Below, piece by piece: positions 1 through 12,809 of a stretch of 64,000 bases of DNA (positions within the stretch are counted from its first letter, which is position 1; each line of letters begins with the position of its first letter). The notes beneath the pieces are model-generated. The model worked only from the letters and a program-made list of their open reading frames with translations. It searched no databases and had not been told where the DNA came from. Source of the DNA: the human T2T-CHM13v2.0 reference genome, Homo sapiens; the NCBI RefSeq assembly GCF_009914755.1, contig NC_060931.1. The stretch is one strand, 5' to 3'. Position numbers and translations under genes: made by a program.

Positions 1-649
1 TTGTTAGGATGACAGAAGGTTGGGTTTGATTTTTTAATAACAGACCCATTGGTTGGAAGGAAGCTAGAGACAGATAGCTGGGGACAGCTGATAAAGACCA
101 CTATTTAACTCAGTGAGCCTCACCTGGCCAACAAGGAGAATGATGCACCTCCTGCAGACTGGGTTAGCAGAGACCCACGGTCCAGACTGCTGGGTCCCAG
201 AGATGGAAAGAGGCCTATCTAGGGTCTTAATGAAATCCAAAGGCTGCTAAAACGAGATATTCCTCCATTTCTAATCACTGCTTATGGGTGAGATGGTGGA
301 GTGTTCCCTCTGGCTGTGGATCTCCATCCTCCCCTCCAGCTTTGTGTCAAGGGGTGAAGGGAAAGGGTGAATAAAAGAAGTTTGTGTGTTTAAGCTGTGC
401 CTGTGTTCATTGTCATTAAATACCACCAGCAGTAAAAGAACAAGAAGCATATGTTCTATAGCTGGGTCTGTGACGTGATGACCTGAGTCATCATCCCTGG
501 CCTTCCCAAACACATGCCCTCTAAAAGTAACTTCTGTTTGTGAATTTCTTAAGGCACTTAAGAAATACCCTAAGGTCCCTATATCATAGCTACCTGCAAA
601 ATAATGTTCCAACCCAGACTGCTGACTCTTTGAGAACAGGGAAAACACC

Positions 650-730
650 TCATTTATCGTTTATAACACTTCTTGCATGTAGTGCAATGCCTGACACATA
701 GCATATGCTCAACAATATTTTTAATGAAAA
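650..730 (+). mobile_element. L2 3' end fragment
   Basis: gtgcaatgcctgacacatagcatatgctcaacaatattttt resembles the L2 terminus. Confidence 0.6.
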
Positions 731-2329
731 AGAAGAGAATTGAATAAGCATGAGGAGGATGGGACTGATAAGGTGTGGTGATGAATAGGAGGTTTCCCTC
801 CACCCTTTTTCTAATTTTGACTTTCACAGCATGAAACAAAAATTTAAAAGAAAATAATAAACACACCAATTATATATTTTATTCAATAGTAAGGTATGAT
901 ATGTCAAAATATTTACATTCCCTATGAAGAAACCCAATTATGGATGGCTTTCTATGGAGCTAATCTCACAGAGAAGGAGCACCTGCTATCCAGGCAGCTT
1001 TGGCATGGTTTGCAAATCAGGCCTGGTCCTCTTTTCACTCCACATCCTATCTTTCATTGTGTTCTGGTTTTATGTATTTGTTTTCAATATAAACTGAAAT
1101 TCAGTAAGCATCAGCAAGACTACAAAGTATATGAAAATGAGGACCCTGAAGACAAAGTGTTAATAGGCCACTCTGTGTGTAACTGAGATGCATGACTTTT
1201 TGAAGGCCACAAAAAGTAGTTAAATCCTTCCACTTTTTAAAGAGTGACTGATGAATTGAAATGGAAACTTTCTTGCCACATCTTGGAATAATTCAGGAAA
1301 GTATTTAAGTGCCTGCCCCTTGACCCAAGACTTTTTATACCTCACAAGGTAAAGCTGTGAGAACTTTAAATCCTGAAGTGCAAATACATGGTATATGAAT
1401 TCACAGAAATGTATTTACTCTATAGGAGCATACAATCATGTTTCAGCAACTTCATTTAGAAAAATGGGAGACGGACTTAAAACAATGTGGCCTTATTTAT
1501 GGTACCATGCTGCTCCCAAAGGTAAGTGCAGATGCTGTATATAGGTCTTAAAACCATGTGATTTAAAGATAATTGGTTTTAGAAGAAGATTGAAGTTCAA
1601 TTTAACATGACTTGATTCTAAAGATGTGTTTATCCATTATAATGTTTATTCCTGGATCACAAATGGAGTGTCAATGAGGCAGCCCTCATAAGAATTTGCC
1701 ACTGGGCTTAAAAAATATTTTAAATGCATTTCTCTTCCATTTTTCTTGGATTTGATGTTTTTACAGCCTGATTCAACTATCACCTAAACTCAAAGAAGTA
1801 AGTTGACTTGGCTGAAGAGAGAGATGGGGTTCAAAACCAGATTTTCAGGTCCTAGGAACTCTGTACCATAGCTGCCTCCCTATGGAGTCAACTTTCTGCA
1901 AAAACAGCAAAGTGATACAGCACACACCTGACAAGTTATAAAACTCTAAATAGAAAAAAACGAATGAAGAATAAGTGTAGAGAAACCAAAACCAATTTGA
2001 AATGTCATGTAAGACTTCTATTGGGCATATGAATGGGTCCTCGTTTTTTTTTTTTTTTAAATAAGAAGAAAACATTAAGAAAAAACAATTTTAAAGTATC
2101 TGTTAGGCTTTATCCAGGTATGGACTTAATTGTCCTAGGTCACAAGTACATGACAGCTATTTTAAAGCGTTATTTTCAACATGTGCATGCTTTCTCCTTG
2201 CCCTAAATAATAGAGCATATTATTATAATAGGATTATATTTTCACTACAAATAATATCCATGCTACAGCACTGCTAAGACAAAATCCTCTCATCATGTAT
2301 TATTCCAGCACAGAAAAATAAAACAGAAG

Positions 2330-2357
2330 GACAGATAGACAGACACATAGATAAACC

Positions 2358-2452
<95 letters not shown>

Positions 2453-2515
2453 TAGATAGACAGATAGATGGGCAGGCGGGCAGGCAGGCAGGCAGACAGA
2501 CAGACAGACAGACAG
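2330..2515. repeat. Compound tetranucleotide microsatellite with (GATA)11(GACA)12 core followed by GGCA/GACA units
   Basis: GATA 2359-2402 and GACA 2403-2450 counted directly. Confidence 0.97.
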
Positions 2516-2622
2516 AAGACATTTGTGGGAATGTAACTTCTTAAAACCTTGCCTATGCCATTAACTCCTAAAATTTACCCATTTGATCCAAACACACAGA
2601 ATAAGAACAGTACAAAGAACAG

Positions 2623-2702
2623 TTAGTTTAGTGCAAAAGTAATTGCGGTCTTTACCATTACTTTCAATGGCAAAAACCCCATTTACTTTTGCAGCAATCT
2701 AA
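2623..2702. mobile_element. MADE1 mariner-derived MITE (80-bp palindrome)
   Basis: ttagtttagtgcaaaagtaattgcgg...tacttttgcagcaatctaa followed by TA; matches the recalled MADE1 consensus. Confidence 0.92.
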
Positions 2703-4146
2703 TAGTTCTTAGGTCCAACCCTTTCCCTCTTTGTCTTTCCTTTTGCTCCACTGCATCTGTGCTACCACTGAAAATAACAATGATGTTAAACTCTTCCTCT
2801 CTACCCTTGTTGCTTTCTCTCTTTCATTTAGCATGTTCTTTCTTTCCAAACATAAAATATGTGAACAACTGTCTCTGTTCTTCTGTCTCACACTGCCCAA
2901 GGTGTCTTACTGCTATCATGCTCTGTTTTAAGAATGTAGCACATTAACACAAAGACAATGATTAAAACACTGAACTCTCTAAATGCCCCCAATGCCTGGC
3001 CCACTTTTAGCAGACAAGTAAAAGTCAGGCATCAGTAACTCCTACAACTCCTCTGATGATAAGTCAACATCCCTGATTCACAGAGGTGCAGGTGAGGGTA
3101 GAGTTAAGCACCCTTGTCTGCACAAAAGAGTTTAGTTTCTGATCAGTCTTTGAATCTGTGAAGTCAGGAAGAAGCCCAGGACCGTAAAGAAAGTCCTTCA
3201 GATCAGTAAGTGAGGCTTGGATTTTAGACATGAAACATTCTGACTACTCTTCATGTTTTTCTCAATTTTATTATTTCAGGAAAAGCAGAAAAGATTCTAA
3301 ATGATGAGAAAACCAAACAAACAATCATTTTCTCATGTTTTCACTATGGCTCCAGGGCATAGAATAAAAATAGCATATATTGCAGCGGACTAATACTTAA
3401 GAAATGTAGACATGGTCACTTGGAGAGCAGGATGCCCATCAGTGGAGAATGCTAAGAAAAAATGCAAAGAGGGGAAGCTTGAATACTTGCTGAATACTGC
3501 ATTTAATAGCTTTTTTAGCATGTGAGCGTCTAGAAAAGAAATGGCATTACCAATGTAGATAGTGTTAAGTTCTGCCTTTGGCACATATTTACTTCAAAGG
3601 TTCCCTTTATTTTAAATATTTAAATATAATGTTAATAGAGTTTCTTTTGGCAAATATATTGTTACTTGTGTTTCTCCAATCCCTTGCATAGAATCTGACA
3701 AAATATCATTTTTTTCCAGGAGAAAATATTTATTTCATGATTACTAAGAAGCTTTATTTTAAACATCTTGAACATCAGTATTAAGGAAAAAAGAAAAATC
3801 ACACCTTGCCCCGTAGTTACAAAATTTTAATTCCCTCTGTCAAACCAGATTCCTTTAAAAATACAGTGGTACATTAGTAGTTCCACAAAGTATCTAGAAG
3901 ACAGAGTGAAACAATGAAAGCTTATGTAGCAATAATTGCAAAAGAAAAGTTGTTCAGAAAGTCTAATTTTATCATTAACAAAGAGTTCATAATATACTTT
4001 TATTTGACATTTCTACTATGGAGTTACTTGGTAAGAGACTGGGATCTAAACACCTACATAAAAAACATGAATTGATGTTAGAAGTTTCCCTTAGTATAAC
4101 ACAATTTATTTAAACCCATCAATCTCATATAATATATAATATAATC

Positions 4147-5354
4147 CACATATTATGAATTGGTTAATAGATATTCCCCAAATTCATAAAATAAAACCAA
4201 TTATGTTGGGTTAAAACATCACTGAATTAATAATAACTCTCATGGTTGGGTCAACCTACAGCACAGCTTCCAAAATTAAGTACAAAATGACAATGAAGTA
4301 TCTAAATCAAAATGTTTAATCGAAAAAACCTTTTAGAGTTTAATTAGTGAAGTTTTAACCAGATGCATGAGAATAACAGACACCTAAAAATAATATTACA
4401 ATTCTCTCCTCCACTTATTGACTTTTTGTTTTCCTTGGACAGGGACATATATATATCTATATACACACACATATATATATATGTATATGTATATATGATT
4501 TAAGATGTATGTAATATAGTTTATCATAGAGGGTATATATTATGTATATATGATATATATTAATATATCTTACATGTTATATGTCATATATGCATCATAT
4601 ATCAGATATATCATATTGTATCATATATCATATGTATGATTTATGTATGTGTGTACATATATATGTGTATGTGTACATAAGTGTGTGTGTAATTTCAGTT
4701 GCTATTTTCGTACTACAAACATGAATTTCCAGACACAAAAATCTGCAAGAAGACAATGGTAGTCACCTGCCATCTTGTTCCTTTATAATTCCTTTATATT
4801 CATTATATACCATCCTTGAAAAGCACAAGGACATTCACTGAACCTAAAAGTATATAAAAAATGCATTGATTTGAAATGGACGTTTATTACCAAAAGCGCT
4901 AACTGTTCTGATTCACTATGACTCAGATGAAATGCTAGAACCATGAATAAGTAACAGGTTTTGTACGTCCATGCTCCCAAGACTAAAAGTCCATAGCAAA
5001 AAAGGAACAAGGTGCTTTTTCAGGTTAACACCGTTTGGCCACTTCCCACTCACATATTATGGATTGGTTAATAGATTTTCCCCAAATCTATAAAAAAAAC
5101 CAATTACGTTGGGTTTAAGCATCACTGAATTCACAGTAGCTCTTATTGTTGGGTCACCCTACAGCACAGCTTCCAAATTTAATTACAAAATGACAGTGAA
5201 GTATCTAAATCAAAATGTTTAATCAAAAAAACCTTTTAGGGTTTAATTAGTGAAGTTTTACCCAGATTCATGAGAAAAACAGACACCTAAAAATAATATT
5301 ACAACTCTCTCCTCCATTTATTGACTTTTTGTTGTTTTCCTTGGGCAGGGACAT
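4147..5354. repeat. ~300-bp direct repeat pair (4147-4448 and 5051-5354)
   Basis: Both copies run cacatattatg...agggacat and are co-linear, roughly 90% identical by eye. Confidence 0.93.
4447..4690. repeat. TA/TATG/TG-rich low-complexity repeat
   Basis: Degenerate (TA)n array seen directly. Confidence 0.9.
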
Positions 5355-6099
5355 TGGAGTGGAGAGTTTAGATACTTGTCAAACTACTTGAGAAAATAAG
5401 GTTGTAACTGCTTTAGAAAACACCTGCTAAACCATGGCATTTCCTTACTATTAATGTTCCACATGACATAAATATGTTAAGGAAATGGGTCACAGGAGTT
5501 TTCATGGACAAATGGCTAAGGGAAATGGGATATTAGTCAGAATTTGTGTTCTTATGACGACTTAATTGGAACCCAAAGCACTCCAGATATTTGGTCCCTC
5601 TTTGCTCATGAAAAATAACCTACGCAGATGCTGGATTCTCATGCTGAAAGCAATTCCTTCATTAAAGAAATGTCTACTTTTTGTCACTACATAGAAGGCT
5701 GCAGTGGGATACCTTCCTAGACCTAAGAAATATTATCCTTTGAGACAGAAACAAGTTTAAAACCTAAAGGATGGGATTAACTATATGTATAAACTGCCTC
5801 AAAATAGCAGATTTTGACTTCAGTGGCATGACCACTAGTGAAGTATATTACAAATGATTCATTACTAAAAACAGTTAAGCACTGAAGTTATAAAGGGTTA
5901 ATTTTTAAGGTAAGTAGAAGAGATTCAAAGTTATTGCTATGGCAACACTATCTTGGGTGTGAGAGAAAAGGATGGGGTAACAGCTTGTCTTCCCAATTCA
6001 CATTCCTTGGCCTATTTTACACATCACATGATCTGGGCACACCTTCAGAGGGGTGTAGAGCTAGTGAAAATCTGGTAGTCTAAAGTGGACAAAAAATAA

Positions 6100-7580
6100 T
6101 GAGGAAAAAAAATCGAGAACATCTACCTTAAAAACAACGCAGTATCGTCAAGATTAAGGCCCAGAAAAGCAATCAAGGATGACTGAAAGTGAACAAGAAT
6201 AATAATCTACTCCAAGATATTAACACATCTCATGGCTGAATTAATGTGTGGCTAAAAAACAGGCAAGAAAAGGGGTGCCATAGAGGGGTGCCTCTTGCAC
6301 TGTCAGGATATAGCACATGCAAGATGACCCATATCCACTCTTCTTGGCAGCTCCGTCCCAATGATAGAAACAGATTTCAAGATATTCTACCTTAAGATCA
6401 CAATTCATCAACTAAGTCCCCTTACATGTTCAGTTCACCAAGCAACCTTCTGATACAATTTGACTTTCCAAGTAAGTTTTCCTTCAAGAAGAAACCACCA
6501 ACTGGCCAGTTGACATGAGGATCCCAGCATATGTGGAGTATATATTTCACATTGTACATCAGTAAACTGTCAGTCAAAACTACGCACTGGTCACAAGTAT
6601 TCATTTCAGTGTCAACAAATCCTCTCCAGCATAATCAACTCTTCCTTTACTGTCAATATGGAATTCCTTGTTCTGCCATTGTGTAGAGCTCTTCTAGCTA
6701 ATCAGCAGCCTCTCTTTCTAATCATCACATATCCCGAGCTCCCAGATGAAGGAATTTTGTGTTTCCCAAATGAGACCATTCTTATATAAAGAACAAAATG
6801 ATGAATGGCAAAGTAAATTTCACTAAAAAGTCCTATGTCAAGAATTCTCAAAATGCCAAACATTTTCTATGACTTATGTGTAGTGACGCAACATAAACTA
6901 GAGTAGAAGTCTGAACAAAAATGGTCACTAAGACCACCATCCTCTAAGAATGGTAAATCCATTAGAATTTGGTCAAAAATCATATCAACAGTTCCTTAGA
7001 AACAAATAGATCTTTCAGAAATTGAGAAAAATATTAAAGGAATTACAAAATTCTCCATAACATCTTCTATATCAAGGGGGTATAAGATTCATTCAAATAT
7101 GAGTGTGCTGAAGACAAGTAAGTGTGTTCAAGTGTTGCTATGGCTCTGCATGGACCAATGCATAGCCAGTGTCAACTACAAGTGATAACACGAAGCCCTG
7201 TGGGAAGAAATAGCAGAGATTGGAAAACTAAGGTGATAAAATGAAACATCAACCAAAAGAAAGGTTTTGAGGTGTCTAAAATAGGGCAGTTCTTTATTCT
7301 GGCATATAAAGACAATCCAAAACTATCGTCCTAAGTAGTATGGGGACATTTTTTTTTTGGAAGAAAGAATAACGTGAGTATGATTCCTTGAGATGAGAAA
7401 ACTGGAATACAGGTGTCCATGCCAGTAAGAAAACTGATAATGCCCTCAGGGTCCGTATAACCAGTGAATGCACACCTGCTGAATAAAGGTCATGTGACAA
7501 AGCATTTATTGTTTCTCAAATCTCTGGAAATGAACCTAAGACAGAAACAATCTCTAGTAAAGACATACATGTGTCAGTTC
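6100..7580 (+). mobile_element. Possible ancient non-L1 LINE remnant (RTE-X/L4 or CR1/L3-like)
   Basis: Degenerate reverse-transcriptase motifs: gacaatcca-a-aactatcgtcct (DNP.NYRP, 7311-7332) and aaagcattt (KAF, about 7499-7507); boundaries uncertain. Confidence 0.45.
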
Positions 7581-10500
7581 TACCCACAGCCTGCTGTTTG
7601 ACTCTTTTCTCCCCAGATCTGCAAAGCAGGGCATACCTCCACATCTGTACAGGCCCCTCCTATCTTTCACTACCAGCTTCATTGAAGAGCAGGTCATGAT
7701 GCCTCACCCTATAGGCAACTAACATTTTTCAAAATATGAACATGATGAAAATTAAATACCACTCAAGTGTAAAGTTGTATTCTTCTGCTGTTTTCATTAA
7801 TGGCTTGGCAAATCAATTCAAATAGAACAAAAGATGCCTTAAAAGCTCAGAGTCATCCATTCCAAATTCATTTATGTACTCCATTTCAAACTAACTTGTT
7901 AGGAATCATCTATTTTTTAAAAAATTAAAAAAGAAAAAAACAGAAAAAACACATACATTTCTTCAGGTGACCACTGTGAGCCATGTAGCAAGTCAAGGTC
8001 ATGAGACAACAGCCTTGTGAAGAATTATATAATGTAGATATGATTAGAGGCAAATTCCTATAATGTACGCAATAACCCTTTTGATCACAGTTATTTGTTC
8101 TATGCAAACTAACAAGAATACTGGCTACCCTGCCTCCTCCATTTTTTCTGTACTAAGATTCTAAATAGGAGAATATGATTATCTTGAGAAATATTCAGAA
8201 AGAATGGTTGTAAGAAATACAATTTCCTCATTGAGAAAACAAACTGACAAAGCTGTGTCCTGACAGCCACAGTGAAATGCAGAGCTAAGAAATTATTATG
8301 TGGATGTAATATACATATCCCCTCATACAAGCTTTGTTTTATCTTAATATGGTTTTAAATTTGGCTTTTAATTTTCACATCCTTAATGATGTCAAGGATC
8401 TTTTAATGTGCTTATTTGCTAGTTGTATATCTTCTCTAGTGAAAAGTTTGTTCAATTTTTTGTATGTTTTTAATTGGGTCGTTTTCTTATTATTTAATAC
8501 TGAGTATCTATATTTAATGAATATCAGTTATTTAACAAATATATGTTTTGCAAATATCCCCCCAGAATGTGAACTGCCTTTTTATTCTCCTAATAGAGGC
8601 TTTTGATAAAGCATAATTTATCAATTTGTTTTTTATGGTTTGTACTTTTGTGGTCATGCCTAATAAATCTTTGCTTAACCCAAGATCAAAAAGAGTTTCT
8701 CTTATATTTTCTTAACTAGAAACTGATAGTTTTACATTTTACATTTAGCTTTATGATAAATTTTGAGATGTCGCTTGTATGTGATGTATAGTTAGAAATT
8801 CCTTATTTTGCATATGACATTTCAAGCAGTCATCATCATTTGTTGATGACTATCATTTTCCCTTGGAATTGTCTTTGCCCTTTATTAAAAATAAATAGTC
8901 CATACACATGTAGATCTATTTTTGGAGTATCTAAGCTATTCTGTTGATCTGTTGGTCTGTGTTGATGCCAATACCATGCTGCCTTAGTTACCATAGCTTT
9001 ATAGTAAGTCTTGAAATCAAACCTTCTCTGTAGTCCTCCAACTTTTTCCTTTTTCAAAGTTGCTTTGTCTATTCTGGATGTTTTGTATTTCCATATGAAT
9101 TTTAGAATCAGCTTGTCAATTTCTACCAATAAAAAGCATACTAGGATTTTAATTGAGATTGTATTGAACCTATAGATCAACATGGGAAGAATTTACATGT
9201 CACCTGTCTCTGGAAAATCCCCAAATATTTGGAAATTAAACATTACACTTCTAAATAACTCTTAGGTCAATGTAGATACCAAATGGAAATTAGAAAGTAT
9301 TTTGAGCTGAATGTGAATGAAAATGCAGCATATCAGAGTTTGGATCATGATGCTAAAGCAGTACTTAAGAAAATCTACACCACTAAATGCCTACATTAAA
9401 AAAGAAAAAAAAATCTCAAATCGGTAACCATGACTTTCACCTTAAGAAACTATGAGACAAAGTAAACCCAATAGCAAGCAGAAGAAAGGAAATAATAAAG
9501 ATGGATATTAATAAAATAGAAAACAGAAAAACAATAGAAAATATTAATGGTGATGATTAATAAAATATATTAACCTTTAGCCATGCAGATCAGGGAAAAA
9601 GAGAGAAAACACAAACTACGCATATAAAAAATGAGAGTGATAACATTATTAAAAATTCTACAGATATTAAAAGAATAATAACATAATACAAACATCCTTT
9701 CAATTTAATTCTATCATGGTCCATGAACATATTTGTTTGCCTTGAATCCTTTTGAATTTATTGGGACTAATTTATTCTCCCAGAATATAGTCTATCTTTT
9801 TAAATATTCTGTATGCACTTGAAAAAGATGTGTATTCTTCTATGGTTGGGTATTCTAGGAATGCCAATTATGTCAAGTTGATTGACAGTGTTGTAGAAGT
9901 CTTTGTTTCCTTGCTGATTTTCATATCTACTTAGTCTATTAATTATTGAGAAAGAGATAATAATGTCTCCAAATAAATTGTGAATTAAAAATGTTTTTGT
10001 AGTTTGTTTCAAGTATTTGGTGCATAAATGTAAAAAATGATTATATTCTCTTGATAAACAGACAACATTATCATTATGAAATGAACTTCTTTATTGCTGA
10101 AACTTCTTTATTCCTGTCTTTGTTCTGATATCTACTGTCATATATTAATATAGCCACCAGGCTTTCTTTTGATTAGTGTTAAGACAGTATACCAATTTAA
10201 AACCTTTTACTTTTGTGCTGTTTGTGTCCTTTTTTGATTGTTTTTGTTTTTATTTGTATATGTTTATGCGATACAAGTGTAATTTTGTTGCATTAATATG
10301 TTTAATAGTGGTGAAGTCAGGAATTTTATATTTGTGTCTTTTTGTATAAAGGCATAATATATTTGAATATTACAATCTCACAATCTCTGCCTTTTAATTA
10401 AGGCACTTAAGTCATTTATATTTAACGTGATAACTGATTTGCTTTGTTTTAATTCTGTGATCTTCCTATTTGTTTTCTATTTGTCTCACCTGTTCTTTGT

Positions 10501-11759
10501 TCCCTTCTTACTCTTTTTCTACCTTGTTCTGGATTAATTATTTTATGATTTCATTTTATCTGTTGCTGGCTAATCAGCTATATATCTTTGTTTTGTTGTT
10601 TTAGTGATTGCTTTAGAGTTTATAATATATATGCTCTTAATTTACCTCAATCCTCCAATGATTTTATAACACCTCATGCATGATACTGAACCTTACAATA
10701 GATATCCCATTTCTCCCCTACTGGACTTTTTGCTACTGTAGTCATATATTTCATTTTTGTATATGTTATAAAATAAACAGTACATTTATATTATTTTGTT
10801 TACCTAGTCAATTATCATTAACATAAATTAGAAAAATCGTATATATTTACCTATGTAGTTGCCATTTTTAATGCTTTTCATTCTTTTGTACAGATCTATA
10901 TTTTCATACGGCATAATTATCCTTCACCTTTCCTTAAAATTTCTTGCATGGTGCGTCTACTGGTGATGAATTCATTAAGTTTTTGTATGTCTGATGAAAA
11001 CATCTTAATCACATCTTGGTTTCTGAAAAATATTTTTGCTAGGCACAGAATTCTTTGTTGATTTTTTTTCCTTTCATTAATTAAAAAATTTAGCTCCACT
11101 GTCTTATTTGCATTGTTCCCCACAAGACATCTACTGTCATCCTTATGTTTGTTTGTCTGTACATATGTGTAATTTTTCTCTGGCAGTTTTTAAATTTTTC
11201 TCTTCATCACTGGTTTTGAGCAATCTGACTATAGTATGCTTTTGTGCAGTTTTCCTTATATTCCCTGTGCTTGAGATGTATTGAGCTTCTTGAATCTGTG
11301 GATTTATAGTTTTCATCATCTGACAAAATTATAGCCCCTGATTTTTCAAATATTTTTCCTCCTCTCTCCTCTACCTGGGGATTCCAAGTACACATTTATT
11401 AGGCTATTTGAAGGTGTCCTACAATTCTGTTTTTATTCTTTTTTTCTATTTCCTTTTGGGTAGTTTCTATTGCTATCGTTTTGCTACTCTTTTCCTCTCC
11501 GAAGTCTAATTCCATCCAGTGTACTCACCATTAATCTCATCTAATGTTATTCTGTCAATACCATCAATCACATTTCTCATATCAGATATTGTAGTTTTCA
11601 TATTTAGAAGTTTGATTTTAGTCTTTTAAAAAGATCTTCCATGTGTCTACTTCTGAACATATGGGCTACAGTTATAAGAACTGCTTTTATGTATTTGTCT
11701 GCTAATTCTAACATCTGTTTCAGTTCTGCATTGGTTTCAATTGGTTGGGCTTTTTCTTT

Positions 11760-12367
11760 TTATTATTATTATTATTATTATACTTTAAGTTTTAGGGTAC
11801 ATGTGCACAACGTGCAGGTTTGTTACATATGTATACCTGTGCCATGTTGGTGTGCTGCACCCATTAACTCGTCGTTTAGCATTAGGTATATCTCCTAATG
11901 CTATCCCTCCCCCAACCCCACAACAGTCCCCGGTGTGTGATGTTCCCCTTCCTGTGTCCATGTGTTCTCATTGTTCAATTCCCACCTATGAGTGAGAACA
12001 TGCGGTGTTTCATTTTTTGTCCTTGCGACAGTTTGCTGAGAATGATGGTTTCCAGTTTCATCCATGTCCCTACAAAGGACATGAACGCATCATTTTTTAT
12101 GGCTGCATAGTATTCCATGGTGTATATGTGCCACATTTTCTTAATTCAGTCTATCGTTGTTGGACATTTAGGTTGGTTCCAAGTCTTTGCTATTGTGAAT
12201 AGTGCTGCTATAAACATTCGTGAGCGTGTGTCTTTATAGCAGCATGATTTATAATCCTTTGGGTATATACCCAGTAATGGGATGGCTGGGTCAAATGGTA
12301 TTTCTAGTTCTAGCTCCCTAAGGAATTGCCACACTGACTTCCACAATGGTTGAGCTAGTTTACAGTC
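11760..12367 (-). mobile_element. 5'-truncated L1PA (L1PA4-like) 3' end with 18-bp TSD
   Basis: Primate L1 3'UTR and ORF2 end (EIPFDPAIPLLGIYPKDYKSCCYKDT); TSD tggttgggctttttcttt at 11742-11759 and 12368-12385; (TAA)n tail. Confidence 0.95.
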
Positions 12368-12809
12368 TGGTTGGGCTTTTTCTTTATTGTGGGTAGTGTT
12401 TTCTTGCTGCATTGCATGCCTGGTAATTTTTTATTGGATGCCAAACATTGTGAATTTCACCTTGTTGGGTGCTGGATATTTTTGTACTCTATGTATATCC
12501 TTGAGCTTTATTCTGGGATGCAGTTAAATTACTTTGAGACATTTTGATCCCTTTTATGTCTTGCTTTTAAGATTGTTAGATAGAACCAGAGCAGCATATA
12601 GGCTACAGCTTATTATTCCCCATGACTAAAGCAAGACAAATATGAGTCTTTTACCTAATTTTCTTTAAATAATGAGATATATAAATCTGGCTAGTGGGAA
12701 TAGGCACTTTTCCCTGACTTGTGTGAGCATCAGGACTGTTCCCTCTAATCCTCTTGGATGGTTCTGTTCTGGCCTCAGGTAGTTTCCTCATTGCATGGGT
12801 TGCTCAGTG

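Noticed and set aside
271-648. 125-aa minus-strand ORF as a possible PDE1C last exon
   Set aside because: Does not match the PDE1C C-termini I recall (DSQE or GTKQRSH...) and shows no protein-like features
4147-5354. Direct repeat pair read as an LTR retrotransposon or CRISPR-like array
   Set aside because: No TG..CA termini, PBS, PPT or TSD; only two long units; eukaryotic intron
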